Of a stretch of DNA of 54,952 bases, positions 1 to 10,374 are shown one piece after another. The stretch is from a virus (lineage: Duplodnaviria; Caudoviricetes). Location of the stretch: positions 1-54,952 of IMG/VR virus record IMGVR_UViG_3300031269_000018; one strand, 5' to 3'. A program made the position numbers and the translations under genes. The notes under the pieces are model-generated. The model was not told where the DNA came from. It worked only from the letters and a program-made list of their open reading frames with translations, and did no database searches. The stretch's first letter is position 1; every line of letters begins with the position of its first letter.

Positions 1-163
1 TCAGTCAGCTGCGATGTCGCTACCATCAGTAGCAGGTGGTGCGGCTGGTTTTATATCTCCGATCCCAGGAGGTCTTGCAATTGGTACTGGTATTGGTACT
101 TTTTCTGTTGAAGCCGGGGCGTATCTTAACGGCGAAATAATCAAAGAAATGCAGAAGCAAGGT
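1..163. repeat. Terminal direct overlap, left copy (circular assembly signature)
   Basis: 1-163 equals 54790-54952 except T37 vs G54826 (GGT/GGG, synonymous); lies mid-gene. Confidence 0.95.
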
Positions 164-3100
164 CGCGACATAAAAGATTTGACTCAAAATGATGTGTTAA
201 AAGTACTTGACTCTCCTGCGTTTATTGACGGCGCCAAAACAAGAGCGGTGAAAGCGGGTTTATCCGTAGCGGTGGTCGAAGCGTTGTTTGCGGGTGTTGC
301 AGGTAAAATTATTGCGAGAGGACCGGCTAAAGCAGCGGAGCTTGGAATTGAACAAGCTAAAAAAAGTCAATTTGCAAGAGGTGGCGCTGCGTTTGCACTT
401 GAAACTGCAGGAGAACCAGCAGGCGTAATCGCTCAGCAGTTGGCAACAGGTGAGGAGCTTAATTTCGGTGATGCGGCCTTAGAAGGCATTTCGGGACTAG
501 CTCAGTCAGCAGGTACGGTGGCCACAGTTCAAGCTTTATCAACAGCTAAATCACAAATAGCAAATGCAACTCTAGGTGCTAGACGTCCGGCTGTAGATGA
601 TCTTGATAAAGTATTTGGCGAGGGAGTTGATGATGTGCCGGTAGACTTGCTGTCTGAAGAGCTAAGTAAGCCCGATAGCATAATGGAACCGCAAATTCCT
701 GAGTCACAGCCAGAAACACAGGATCAATTAGACTACAAAGCTGAGGTTCAAGGTGCTCAAGACATTATCGATCAGTACCCTGACTTGCAAGACATGGCGG
801 GATCAATAGATGAAAGCACATTAATTAATTCTAACATCCCTCAAGAAATGTTCTTGGTCGCTAGTGAGATACCAGCAAATCAGAGAACACCGGGACAACA
901 AGCATTAGTTGCCTATGGACGCAAACTTTCAAAGCCAGGCATGTCAGACACAGAAGAAATTGCACAAGGCATTTCAGATCCTATACCACAAGATCCTGAC
1001 ATGCCGAGTGACTACGACCAAGAACAAGCTGACATGCAACGTTACGAAGCTACACGAGCACTTGATCCTGTATTACTTGGAAACGCAGATAGAGAATTCA
1101 TTGCTGATTATGAAGCCGAAAATGAAGTTACACCTGAGATGGCTCAACAAGATTTTGACAGCAAACCTATTGCAGCAAGAACGCCTAAAGAAATACTGGC
1201 AAACGAAGATCGTCAGAGTATGGCAAACGAAGTAGCAGCTGCTCCAGAGGTTACGGCGCCAGTTACAAATGAAACAGTATCAGATGCCGTCACTGAGCTT
1301 GAAGGGCGAAATGCTCAAGCAAGTGTAGCCGTTCCAATTGAAGCGGGAGAGTTAGGTACAAATACAGCACAGGCAGATACTACAGATACTGAACAGGGCT
1401 TTGTCAGTGAAGTACCTACAAACGCTGAAATCGACATAGCAGCAAACGAAGCAGCGGCATCACCAACAATCGACGAAAACAAAGCAGCTCTAGCTGAATT
1501 AAAATCGCAGAAACCTAAAGGTATCAAGGCTAAGCGTGATCAAATTGTAGCGATTGCAGATAAGACCACTGAAATTAAAGAAGCAGTGATCCTTGATATC
1601 GACACGAAAGCTAACGAGTCTGCGTTATCACCAACTAACAACAAACCTGAGCCAACTGATGCACAAAAAGAATCAGGTGATTATGACAAAGGCTTAGTGA
1701 CAATCGACGGGATGGGCATTGCGATTGAGAATCCTAGAGGGTCAACACGTAAAGGCAAAGACACGGATGGTAAAGAGTGGGCGACTACCATGAAAGACCA
1801 TTACGGCGAGATCCAGAATACGCGAGGCGCTGATGGTGATAACGTTGATGTATTTATTGGTGACGATCCTACATCCGATGCTGTGTTTATTGTTGACCAG
1901 ATTGACCCAACCACAGGAAAGTTTGACGAGCACAAAGTTATTTTAGGTGCTAACTCACTTAAACAAGCAACTATGTTTTATGGCCGTAATTACGACAAAG
2001 ACTGGAAAGGTGCTGGTGCGGTTACTGAGATGACCAAAGACGAGTTTAAAACGTGGTTATCTGACGGTGATAATAAAGTACCAGTTAGTGACACAATAGC
2101 CACTACTCCTGCCGTTACTGAGTCTTCTGCATCCAGTGATATAAAACCTGACGCTGTTGCACCTCCTGCCGCACCAGCAAAACTTGCACCATTACCAGCG
2201 TCGGTTTCAATTGGGCCAGGTTCATTTAAACCTAAACCACTTGGCGGTACGTTATTTAGGGAGACAAATGCTGAAGGGGTCGGTGATATACTTAGAGATG
2301 TTCTTTCAAATAATAGCTACCAAGGAGCCTCTAAAACTACATTCGTTACAGATAATAAAGATCTTGCTCTCGGTCAAGGCGCTAATAAAGGTGTCATGAT
2401 TGAAATGGATGGTAGTTTAGTATCCGGCAGTGAGAACAAAAAACCCGGTACTGGAATTATGGAAGGTGGCGGTAAAGAGTATAAAACAGACTTTATTGGT
2501 CGAGATGCAATTACCAGATTTACTATTCCTAGTGGCTTCAAATTAAAAGGCCCTGCTAGAGTATTTGCAAACGAGCAATTTAGTAAGGTAAAAAACGAAG
2601 ATGGTAGCATAACGTTTACCAGAAAAGATCTTCCAACCCCTGCGCCAGTCGCTGCACCTAAAAAGCCAACAATGGCTGAAAACAAAGCTGCAAAAGATGC
2701 TGCGAAAGCCGCACAGCCTACTGACGATAAACGCACAGCGGCTAGAAAGAAATCACTTGCCGTTAATGACACTGATTCACTTGCAACTGCAGTCGCTAAA
2801 CGTGGTGGCCTTGATAAAGCTTCATGGATACGAGAAGGCGCTGATCCTGCAGCTGCTAAACGTGGCGGTAATAGTGTTCCGGTTCCCATTGGTAAGCCAC
2901 TATTCAGAGCAAAAGGTGGCATGACTGCAGATAGTGTAGCGGAGTTGGCCAATGAGCTAGGGTACGGCAATGATATAGATGCAAATACCGCAGTAAGTAT
3001 GATCCTCGGTGAGTTAAATGGCACACCTTCATATACGCCAGCTGGTACTGAGTCTCAGATGGCCGCAGCAATGGATGACCAAGAAGCTGCTCAAGCGCAA

Positions 3101-6100
3101 GCAGATGACTTTGATTTGCAGTCAGAACAAGACGGTACAGCTACACCACCGGCAACGCCGGAACCAGCAGCGCCAACAATGAACGATGTAGAAAGCCCTG
3201 AAGAGTTTGGTCTTACTGGCTCGGATAGAGCATCGGATGCGAATGCAAACCAAAGTGATATGTTCTCTCCTGGTGCTATGAACGAGCCTGTGTTTGACGA
3301 TGACGATGATGGTTATGCTTTTGGTTTACCTAATGATTCAATTGAAGGTAGTTCTGATAGCAAAGAACCCTTGTCTGAAGTATCAGAGCCAACTAAACCA
3401 ACACTTGCACCGGAATCATCGCCAATTGCTAAGCTTGTAAAGAACGGCGATCCTCTGGCAGTAGTACAGAATTTAGAAGCTCGACTGGCAGGAACCATGC
3501 TCGGTGAGATAGTTACACGTATAAAAGACTTGATCCCACAGGGACTTCGTTTTGAAACCATTTCTATTGGTGATGTTGACCCTACGCCTTCTGGCAACTT
3601 TAAACGGTCCGTTGGGATCTTCTGGCCTTCTCAGAACAAAATCATATTGCGTGACGAAACATGGACAGAAAATGGTCTTGATGACGAGACAATCATTCAT
3701 GAAGTACTGCATGCAGTAACTAGAGATCTTCTTCAAACTGGAAATCTTGCAGTAAACAAGAATACAGAGCTCGGACGTGCAACAGCCAATGTTTACGACT
3801 TAGCAAATACAATAATTAAGGCGCTAAAGAAAAGAATAGCTGATGGCACATTAGTAATGGAGAGCAACCTCCTAGATATTGCAACTGAAAATATTGACGA
3901 AATCATTTCATGGGGACTTACTAACGAAAAATTTCAGCAGATTCTAAAAGACACTCATGTGGACTATCAAACTGTATGGTCCAAATTTGTCAGTGCGCTT
4001 GCAAATCTAATGGGGATTAATCAGAACGATATGACAGCGTTTGAAGCGTTAATGTCAGCGACAGATCAAATTCTTAATGCTGACTTTCGAGCTAATCCTG
4101 AGTCACGTAATGAGTTAGTTAAAACCATTGAATCAAGTTTTGTAAACTCTAAACCGGATCTTCCATCGCAGCAAAGGATCGTAGAGCTACGCGAACAAAA
4201 CAGTATTGATGAGGAGCTACGCGATAACAGACTCGACATCGCTGCCGGCAAACGCATAAAAGATACCAACGCAGAAATAGACATCCTTGAACAGCAGATC
4301 GAAACACGTAGAGCGAATGATCCTCACTTCAAGCCTGGTGAAGAAGACATTGATAAACTTGCTGAAGAGAAGCTTGCCAAATCAAAGCAATACATGACGT
4401 TAATGGATCGTATGAAAGATGCACTTGATGACAAATTAAATTGGTGGGAAAACGTCCCCAATACAATTGGTCGAATAGCCTCAGGTGCGTTTTACGTTGA
4501 GCAATCTGAGCGCAACATGTATGACGGCCGTAAATCAGCGGAAGACTCCATGACTGCTTTTATACACAAAGCAAATAATTCAAAAGTAGCGGCGTCGATG
4601 GTTATTGATAAATTTGGCGCAAAGCTGGTCAATGGTACTGTTACAGCAGTTAGAGAAAAGCCAGGCCTGCGTCAGATACTTGAGGAAGTGTCAAAAAACG
4701 GTACGCGGTTTCTTCGACGCTTTGAGTTGTACTTGGTAGTCAACAGGTCCAAAGAATTAATAGAGCAAGGACGTGAGAACTTTATTACTCAGAAAGAGAT
4801 TGACACTGTAGATGCGTGGATGGAACGAAACCCAAACACAAAAGCGTTATTTGAAAAACAACAACAAGCGCTGGCTAAATGGAACGAAAGTAACTTGCAA
4901 ATTGCTATCGACGCCGGGTGGATAAATTCTCAAGATGCGTTTGGCGGTTTTAAATTTGTAACCGATGAAGGTAAGGAACTGCTAGGACCGGACAGTACGT
5001 TTTTCAAAACAGAAGCTGAAGCTCAATCAGTAGCAGATCAATTAGGAGTGAAAGGTAATATCGAGAAAGTAGATGGTTGGTTCAATGACGCATACGTACC
5101 ATTTTACAGAGTAAGCGATGATGGAACTACAACCAAGTCACCAAAGTCAAAGGGTAAAATTGGAGAGGTTGGCAAAGCAACCAAAAAGCTGAAAGGCGGT
5201 ATAGGTGCAATACCAGTACTCGACAACTTAGTTAAAAACGCTGAGTTTCTTATTAAAGGGTCGATGAACACACTTGCTATGCAAAAAGTAGAGGAGTCTT
5301 TTACCGATACTGCAATGGAAGAAGCAACAGCAGCTGAGCTTCAAGGACTTGATATTGCTAAGCTACTAGACCCGGCTGTTATGAGACAAGAATACAAAGA
5401 AATGCAGGAACAAGCCGAAGCTGACGGAGAACCACTTGCTGATATGACAGATGCGGAGTTGAAAAGATGGACATCATTTAAACAGTTTGCACGACCTACT
5501 TCTCAAAACGTAGCGGTAGTATACCGTAATGGACGTGCTAAGTATTATAAAGTACTGGAGCCTAAATTATTAGATGTTATAAAATCAATTGGGCCTTACA
5601 AAGCGTCTGCACTTCTTAAAATCGTCGGCATGCCAACACGATTACTGCAAAAGTCGATTACCATCATGCCAGCGTTTCTTGTAAGATCGTTTGCTCGTGA
5701 GGTACAGAACGCTTTCATTGTTAATAAAGAAGGTGGTTACAACCCGCTTAAAACGCTTAGCGTAGCACTCAAGAACTTTGGAAAAATAGCAGTCGGTGAT
5801 AATGTATGGATGGAAGAGATGATGGTATCCGGCCATGTAAATTACAATACATACACAAACACAGCGCCTGATAATATACGTGCTCAATTAGAAAAAGCAG
5901 GTGTTAAAAAAGGCAGTTTTAAAGATATTGTGCAAGGGCAATTCTTAGGGCTTCGTCCTATGCTTCGCTTGTATAAGCAAATTGCGATTGCCTCAGAACA
6001 TGCAAATAGACGATCTGTATATGACTCAGTTTTAGAAGCAGGCGGTACAAAAGAAGAGGCGATGTACCAGGCACTTGATATCATGAACTTTTCAAGACGA

Positions 6101-7177
6101 AGCGACTTACAAGCGATGGAAGTTTTAAACGCCGTTGTTCCGTTCCTGAATCCACGTATACAAGGTATTGACAGGTTGTTTAGAGGTTACAAGGAAGATC
6201 GTAAAACATTCGCTCTAAAAGCCGGTATGATGACTGTAGCGGCAACATCACTTGCACTTTGGAATTGGGAAGAAAATGATGAGGAAATGAGCAAACTCAA
6301 GGATGAGGACAAAGCCATGAATTACCATTTCTTTATTGATACTGGATCAGGTGTCAAGCAACATTGGCGTATACCAAAAGGCTTTGAAGTTGGTCAGATT
6401 ACAGGTACATTACCTGAGTTCTTTGTTGAGCAGCTTTACGGCAAAACACCGGAGCCTACTCTAAAAGCACTTCGTCGATTTATGACGACCACGTTTGGCC
6501 TTCAAACACCTCAGTTCATAGCCCCTATTAAAGACGTTGGATTTAATGAGGACTCGTTTAGACAGCGGCCTATTGTTAACTTTGGACAGCAGTTCTTATT
6601 GCCTCCTCAGCAGTTTGACCAGTGGACGTCGAAGCTTGTTGTAGATATCGCTCAGTCACAACCAGACTGGATGCCTACTTGGTTTCGTTCGCCTAAGCAA
6701 CTTGAGTATTTAATTAAAGGCTATACTGGCTCAGCGGGTGCATTAGTGCTTGAAGGGATTGACGATATTTACCGAGCTACAGGTAATGCACCTGATCTAC
6801 CAACCAAGAAATTATCTGAAAGGTATTTGATACGCGACTATTTACGCACTGGGTCATCATCATCTACAAAGCAAACGGATCTTTTTTATGACATGTTAAC
6901 GGACGTTGGTAAGCTATCAAGTACGTTAAAATCAGCTAAGGATTCAGATCGTGCACAGTATCGCGAGTTAAAAGCAACTAACCGTGAGAAACTTGCCGCA
7001 CGTAAATCGCTGAATAGAATTGGCAGTCAAATGACTAAGATATCAAATCGTATCAATAGAGTACTTGAGTCAGATGCAAGCAGGGACTTTAAAGCAGCTG
7101 AGAAAGATCGCCTTGTAAAACAAAGAAACGAAATGGCTCAGCGAGCAGTGGATAAGTACTTCTACATATTTGACTAG
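2..7177 (+). CDS. Giant polyvalent (virion-injected-type) protein, C-terminal part; full gene 54116->junction->7177, 2616 aa; InPase-like, ART-like, zincin metallopeptidase and LPD38-like domains
   Basis: InPase-like segment IAIENPRGSTRKG...HYGEI...GADGDNVDVFIG...FDEHKV (~1650-2065); HEVLH zincin motif (3698-3712); C-terminal WRIPKGFEVG LPD38-like region; last gene of ejection-protein cluster; frame continuous across overlap. Confidence 0.85.
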   Translation, partial: QSAAMSLPSVAGGAAGFISPIPGGLAIGTGIGTFSVEAGAYLNGEIIKEMQKQGRDIKDLTQNDVLKVLDSPAFIDGAKTRAVKAGLSVAVVEALFAGVAGKIIARGPAKAAELGIEQAKKSQFARGGAAFALETAGEPAGVIAQQLATGEELNFGDAALEGISGLAQSAGTVATVQALSTAKSQIANATLGARRPAVDDLDKVFGEGVDDVPVDLLSEELSKPDSIMEPQIPESQPETQDQLDYKAEVQGAQDIIDQYPDLQDMAGSIDESTLINSNIPQEMFLVASEIPANQRTPGQQALVAYGRKLSKPGMSDTEEIAQGISDPIPQDPDMPSDYDQEQADMQRYEATRALDPVLLGNADREFIADYEAENEVTPEMAQQDFDSKPIAARTPKEILANEDRQSMANEVAAAPEVTAPVTNETVSDAVTELEGRNAQASVAVPIEAGELGTNTAQADTTDTEQGFVSEVPTNAEIDIAANEAAASPTIDENKAALAELKSQKPKGIKAKRDQIVAIADKTTEIKEAVILDIDTKANESALSPTNNKPEPTDAQKESGDYDKGLVTIDGMGIAIENPRGSTRKGKDTDGKEWATTMKDHYGEIQNTRGADGDNVDVFIGDDPTSDAVFIVDQIDPTTGKFDEHKVILGANSLKQATMFYGRNYDKDWKGAGAVTEMTKDEFKTWLSDGDNKVPVSDTIATTPAVTESSASSDIKPDAVAPPAAPAKLAPLPASVSIGPGSFKPKPLGGTLFRETNAEGVGDILRDVLSNNSYQGASKTTFVTDNKDLALGQGANKGVMIEMDGSLVSGSENKKPGTGIMEGGGKEYKTDFIGRDAITRFTIPSGFKLKGPARVFANEQFSKVKNEDGSITFTRKDLPTPAPVAAPKKPTMAENKAAKDAAKAAQPTDDKRTAARKKSLAVNDTDSLATAVAKRGGLDKASWIREGADPAAAKRGGNSVPVPIGKPLFRAKGGMTADSVAELANELGYGNDIDANTAVSMILGELNGTPSYTPAGTESQMAAAMDDQEAAQAQADDFDLQSEQDGTATPPATPEPAAPTMNDVESPEEFGLTGSDRASDANANQSDMFSPGAMNEPVFDDDDDGYAFGLPNDSIEGSSDSKEPLSEVSEPTKPTLAPESSPIAKLVKNGDPLAVVQNLEARLAGTMLGEIVTRIKDLIPQGLRFETISIGDVDPTPSGNFKRSVGIFWPSQNKIILRDETWTENGLDDETIIHEVLHAVTRDLLQTGNLAVNKNTELGRATANVYDLANTIIKALKKRIADGTLVMESNLLDIATENIDEIISWGLTNEKFQQILKDTHVDYQTVWSKFVSALANLMGINQNDMTAFEALMSATDQILNADFRANPESRNELVKTIESSFVNSKPDLPSQQRIVELREQNSIDEELRDNRLDIAAGKRIKDTNAEIDILEQQIETRRANDPHFKPGEEDIDKLAEEKLAKSKQYMTLMDRMKDALDDKLNWWENVPNTIGRIASGAFYVEQSERNMYDGRKSAEDSMTAFIHKANNSKVAASMVIDKFGAKLVNGTVTAVREKPGLRQILEEVSKNGTRFLRRFELYLVVNRSKELIEQGRENFITQKEIDTVDAWMERNPNTKALFEKQQQALAKWNESNLQIAIDAGWINSQDAFGGFKFVTDEGKELLGPDSTFFKTEAEAQSVADQLGVKGNIEKVDGWFNDAYVPFYRVSDDGTTTKSPKSKGKIGEVGKATKKLKGGIGAIPVLDNLVKNAEFLIKGSMNTLAMQKVEESFTDTAMEEATAAELQGLDIAKLLDPAVMRQEYKEMQEQAEADGEPLADMTDAELKRWTSFKQFARPTSQNVAVVYRNGRAKYYKVLEPKLLDVIKSIGPYKASALLKIVGMPTRLLQKSITIMPAFLVRSFAREVQNAFIVNKEGGYNPLKTLSVALKNFGKIAVGDNVWMEEMMVSGHVNYNTYTNTAPDNIRAQLEKAGVKKGSFKDIVQGQFLGLRPMLRLYKQIAIASEHANRRSVYDSVLEAGGTKEEAMYQALDIMNFSRRSDLQAMEVLNAVVPFLNPRIQGIDRLFRGYKEDRKTFALKAGMMTVAATSLALWNWEENDEEMSKLKDEDKAMNYHFFIDTGSGVKQHWRIPKGFEVGQITGTLPEFFVEQLYGKTPEPTLKALRRFMTTTFGLQTPQFIAPIKDVGFNEDSFRQRPIVNFGQQFLLPPQQFDQWTSKLVVDIAQSQPDWMPTWFRSPKQLEYLIKGYTGSAGALVLEGIDDIYRATGNAPDLPTKKLSERYLIRDYLRTGSSSSTKQTDLFYDMLTDVGKLSSTLKSAKDSDRAQYRELKATNREKLAARKSLNRIGSQMTKISNRINRVLESDASRDFKAAEKDRLVKQRNEMAQRAVDKYFYIFD

Positions 7178-7524
7178 GGCTTCGGCCCTTTGTATTTATT
7201 TCTGTAATTGCTAATTAAACGCAGCACGAGATCAGAACCAGGTACACCCTTGATGGCTGCTACTTGCAATACTTTACGTGACTCATTTGCAATGTATGTA
7301 AGTTCAATCAACTGGTCGCGAAGTAATAAAGTTTCAAAAGGTCTTTGTGTTCGTGGTTCGGTCTTGCTTCCTAGCGTGTTTTGAATTTCTAGTAAATTAA
7401 TAAGTTCATCAGCCATTTCAACTGAGAACTGAGTCTCTTTGAAAACGCATTCAAGAAGACACAACATCATATCTTTTAATCTTTCTTGATCGTGCGCACT
7501 TCTGGATGTAGATATAACTGTCAT
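7174..7524 (-). CDS. Hypothetical protein
   Basis: 116 aa ORF, AAGGAG RBS, last gene of minus-strand operon. Confidence 0.7.
   Translation of the reverse strand: MTVISTSRSAHDQERLKDMMLCLLECVFKETQFSVEMADELINLLEIQNTLGSKTEPRTQRPFETLLLRDQLIELTYIANESRKVLQVAAIKGVPGSDLVLRLISNYRNKYKGPKP
7176..7200 (+). terminator. Intrinsic terminator at convergence of late and replication arms
   Basis: AGGGC-TTCG-GCCCT (cUUCGg loop) followed by TTGTATTTATT; overlaps the 3' ends of both convergent genes. Confidence 0.75.
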
Positions 7525-7527
7525 AAT

Positions 7528-7743
7528 TTACTCCTTCATAAACCTAACAATACGGCTCTTATGAACTACGTATGTTTCGTAACCTGGTATTGTGGTGGTG
7601 AGAGGCTGTGAGATCCTGTACCAGTCTCCATACTGGCTTACAGCTGTTCTAGCAACCGTAGTAGTATCGCATTGAATAGCGTCTTGGTAGACATACATTG
7701 GATCTACATATACATGTACGATTTGATTCATTTTTTTATTCAT
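7528..7743 (-). CDS. Hypothetical protein
   Basis: 71 aa, start overlaps upstream stop (translational coupling). Confidence 0.7.
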   Translation of the reverse strand: MNKKMNQIVHVYVDPMYVYQDAIQCDTTTVARTAVSQYGDWYRISQPLTTTIPGYETYVVHKSRIVRFMKE

Positions 7744-7982
7744 CAGCCTTCACCCTCCAGTTTTAACTCTTTTTCCCACTGCCTGTGGTATTCAGCAACC
7801 CTATCGTTCTCTTTGTTAGTTGCTAATTTTTTATTTGCATCAGCTAACTGCTCACGTAACTCTAGTTTTTCTAACTGTAGCGTTTCTGCAACCCTACCCC
7901 ATGAATCCCGATTTTGCTTTAATTTTTCTATTTCATCAGCTTGGTCGATGACTTTTTGTAGTAAGTTATTTATTTTAGACAT
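7743..7982 (-). CDS. Hypothetical coiled-coil protein
   Basis: 79 aa, coupled; shares DSW-x2-VA-x2-L motif with neighbour. Confidence 0.7.
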   Translation of the reverse strand: MSKINNLLQKVIDQADEIEKLKQNRDSWGRVAETLQLEKLELREQLADANKKLATNKENDRVAEYHRQWEKELKLEGEG

Positions 7983-8356
7983 TATTCCTTCTCCAGTTTT
8001 TTAACAGCGTCAAGTAAAGCCTGTCGATATCCATGCAGTAATGCGTGAGTACCCTTATTCCAGCACGTTCCAAATGACAATCCTTTAGCTGCGGAGTGAA
8101 GTTCTTTGTAACCAGCTAATGCGTATTTTAAATCTAGTTTGTCTTGCTCTAACTTATGCGCTACTGCTCTCCATGAGTCTTTCAAGTTTATTTCTTTAGC
8201 TAACTGCTCTTGCATATTATCGTGCGCCCACTGATTGGCATCACTTTTAATTTTTAAATCAGCGTATTTCTCTGCCCATGCGTCTAACTGTTCACGTAAT
8301 CTTTGATTTTCAGCTAAAAGATCCACATTGACTTTACTGTTGTCTGTTTTAATCAT
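7982..8356 (-). CDS. Hypothetical coiled-coil protein
   Basis: 124 aa, AGGAGG RBS, coupled. Confidence 0.7.
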   Translation of the reverse strand: MIKTDNSKVNVDLLAENQRLREQLDAWAEKYADLKIKSDANQWAHDNMQEQLAKEINLKDSWRAVAHKLEQDKLDLKYALAGYKELHSAAKGLSFGTCWNKGTHALLHGYRQALLDAVKKLEKE

Positions 8357-8558
8357 TAGCCTGCCCTCCTATTAGCGGTTTAAATATTTTTCTTATTTCA
8401 GGATTTTTGCTGTATTGTAAATCAAAATCAACCCTATTTTTAAACTCGTACCTTACTACTTCTTTTGTATGAGGATTTTTAGATTCGTAAATCTTAGGCC
8501 ATAAATCAAAACCCCCAAGCGTCTGTTCTTGTACCTTCAAATTTAAAAAATATGCCAT
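8349..8558 (-). CDS. Hypothetical protein (start revised to MAYFLNLKV, 69 aa)
   Basis: ATG at 8558 overlaps upstream TGA, GGAG RBS. Confidence 0.6.
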   Translation of the reverse strand: MAYFLNLKVQEQTLGGFDLWPKIYESKNPHTKEVVRYEFKNRVDFDLQYSKNPEIRKIFKPLIGGQAND

Positions 8559-9022
8559 CAGTCTGCACTCCCTATGCAATAGCCTTCTGCGATAAGCCAC
8601 TCATAAATGCTTAATTGATGATCGTCTAAAAAGTTGTGATAGGTGTTGTACCAGTCTTTAGGCAACGGCTTAACTTTGGATTTTGTGTAGCCAGCGTCGT
8701 ATAAAGTTAAACGTGCATCACTAGCATCCGCACAATCTTTTGTTAATTTAAACATTTCATCAATCGCTTTTTGCTTTTCGGCTTCTTTTTTATCCAGGAC
8801 AGGACGATACTGAGGATCCATAACATCTGCGGTGTGTATACCAATATATTTCCCGTCGCCCAAACTCTCAGTAAAAAACCGTTGTCCGTCTATGTGGTGT
8901 CCTACTACTTTATGAGTAGCCTTACACCACCATTCCTCTACACCATCCTCACCGACAACTTTAGGGGTATCTAACTCTGTATTTAAAAGCGGCATCCCTT
9001 TACCATTCCAATTGTTGCTCAT
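8558..9022 (-). CDS. Hypothetical protein
   Basis: 154 aa; leader AACAACGGACACTGGAGAATAAAATG. Confidence 0.75.
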   Translation of the reverse strand: MSNNWNGKGMPLLNTELDTPKVVGEDGVEEWWCKATHKVVGHHIDGQRFFTESLGDGKYIGIHTADVMDPQYRPVLDKKEAEKQKAIDEMFKLTKDCADASDARLTLYDAGYTKSKVKPLPKDWYNTYHNFLDDHQLSIYEWLIAEGYCIGSAD

Positions 9023-9057
9023 TTTATTCTCCAGTGTCCGTTGTTATCTATTGCATT

Positions 9058-9429
9058 TTAAAGCTCGCATAATATACGTGCTTTTTTAAGAGCGACTTGA
9101 AATGAATCATCAAGAGGCGCTTTAATTTTACCTCTCATATGTCGCGTTTTTACATCAAATTTAGCTAAATTTACTTTCGAAATACGTTGTGTGTCGTACT
9201 TTAAAAGCCCCAGTTCAAAACCCGCTTTTAATCGACGTATGCTTTTCTGAACGTTTAAATCCGTCATTCCATTCATACCTGAGTGCCTACCCTGCATAAT
9301 AAATTTTAAAATGCGAGAGTAAGCAGTCTCATTTAATTTGTGCATGAAATGCGTTTCTACGACAGTCATACCTGCATAACGCCTAAGCTGATGCATCACT
9401 AAAAATGCTTTTTGCGAAGACGTCAGCAT
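9058..9429 (-). CDS. Hypothetical basic protein (possible DNA-binding)
   Basis: 123 aa, K/R-rich, in operon. Confidence 0.65.
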   Translation of the reverse strand: MLTSSQKAFLVMHQLRRYAGMTVVETHFMHKLNETAYSRILKFIMQGRHSGMNGMTDLNVQKSIRRLKAGFELGLLKYDTQRISKVNLAKFDVKTRHMRGKIKAPLDDSFQVALKKARILCEL

Positions 9430-9430
9430 T

Positions 9431-10372
9431 TTAGTTACCCCACTGCTTTACTAAATTAGCCAGTTCGGTGTCAAGATCTTCGTCTGAATTGGCATCGTTG
9501 CTACCATCGTCAGCCGGTGGTGGCGGTGCTGTGTCATCGTCAGCCGGTGGTGGTGGCGCAGCAGCAGTGTCATTTGCTTTTATCGTCTGAGTAACTACTT
9601 CTTTTGGCGCTGCAGGGACACTTTCACTCTTCTTGTTTACGTTTCTGCGTGCCTTGAATGCACCGTCATTTTTAATTGAAGGTGTTTTTGTATCTTTCGA
9701 CATGCCATGTACGTCACTGTCAAAAATATCACCGTTAATGTCTTCCCAGTCTCCCTCATCATTAAGGAAAGGGTATGCACCTGGATCCATCTTTTCTTTT
9801 GAAGGCTGCGTTCTTGGCGCTTCTGGTACAGCTTCAACCTTCGGCGCTTCTGGTACAGCTTCAACCTTCGGCGCTGAGATCAACTTGCAGAACTTATGTT
9901 TAATTAGAAGAGCAAGTGTCCAGCCTGACGTCTCCATGAATTTTTCATAGGTAACGCCTTTAGCTACTGCCTGCATTTCATAAATACTTCCGTCCAATTC
10001 AAATTGATTAGGGCCAAGTACTACTTCAGGCGCTGCGGGTACTACTTCAGGCGCTGCGGGTATTTCGTTGGCTTCAACTTCAACTTCAACTTCAACTTCG
10101 ATTACATAACCGGCATCAATCATTGCAGATAACGTCCAACCCGCTGTTTCTAACTTCTCCATTGAGAATTTACAGCCTGGCGCTGATTCATACGTCACTT
10201 CAACTTTTGCTTTTACTTCTGGAGGAGACGGTGGTGTTGGCGCTTCTTCTTCTTGTTGTAAATCATCTACGAATAAGAACAGCTCAGATGATGACATCTT
10301 TACGGATGCATCATTAAACGTCACGTCACCGTCTATCTCAAATGTACCTAGTTTTTCTATAATCAATTTCAT
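9431..10372 (-). CDS. Acidic Pro/Ala-rich protein with two GWT-type subdomains (start revised to MKLIIEKLG)
   Basis: GGAG RBS before ATG 10372; internal 6-, 21-, 27- and 30-bp tandem duplications. Confidence 0.75.
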   Translation of the reverse strand: MKLIIEKLGTFEIDGDVTFNDASVKMSSSELFLFVDDLQQEEEAPTPPSPPEVKAKVEVTYESAPGCKFSMEKLETAGWTLSAMIDAGYVIEVEVEVEVEANEIPAAPEVVPAAPEVVLGPNQFELDGSIYEMQAVAKGVTYEKFMETSGWTLALLIKHKFCKLISAPKVEAVPEAPKVEAVPEAPRTQPSKEKMDPGAYPFLNDEGDWEDINGDIFDSDVHGMSKDTKTPSIKNDGAFKARRNVNKKSESVPAAPKEVVTQTIKANDTAAAPPPPADDDTAPPPPADDGSNDANSDEDLDTELANLVKQWGN

Positions 10373-10374
10373 CT

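Noticed and set aside
14-16. ATG 14 as start of the giant gene
   Set aside because: The frame is open upstream through the overlap to ATG 54116, which has an RBS and promoter
1-163. Biological direct terminal repeat
   Set aside because: It lies inside a coding sequence; better explained as circular assembly overlap
909-6084. Short ORFs nested in or antisense to the giant gene (and similar ones in polA, primase, terL, portal and tail genes)
   Set aside because: Expected shadows of long coding frames; no RBS or motif support
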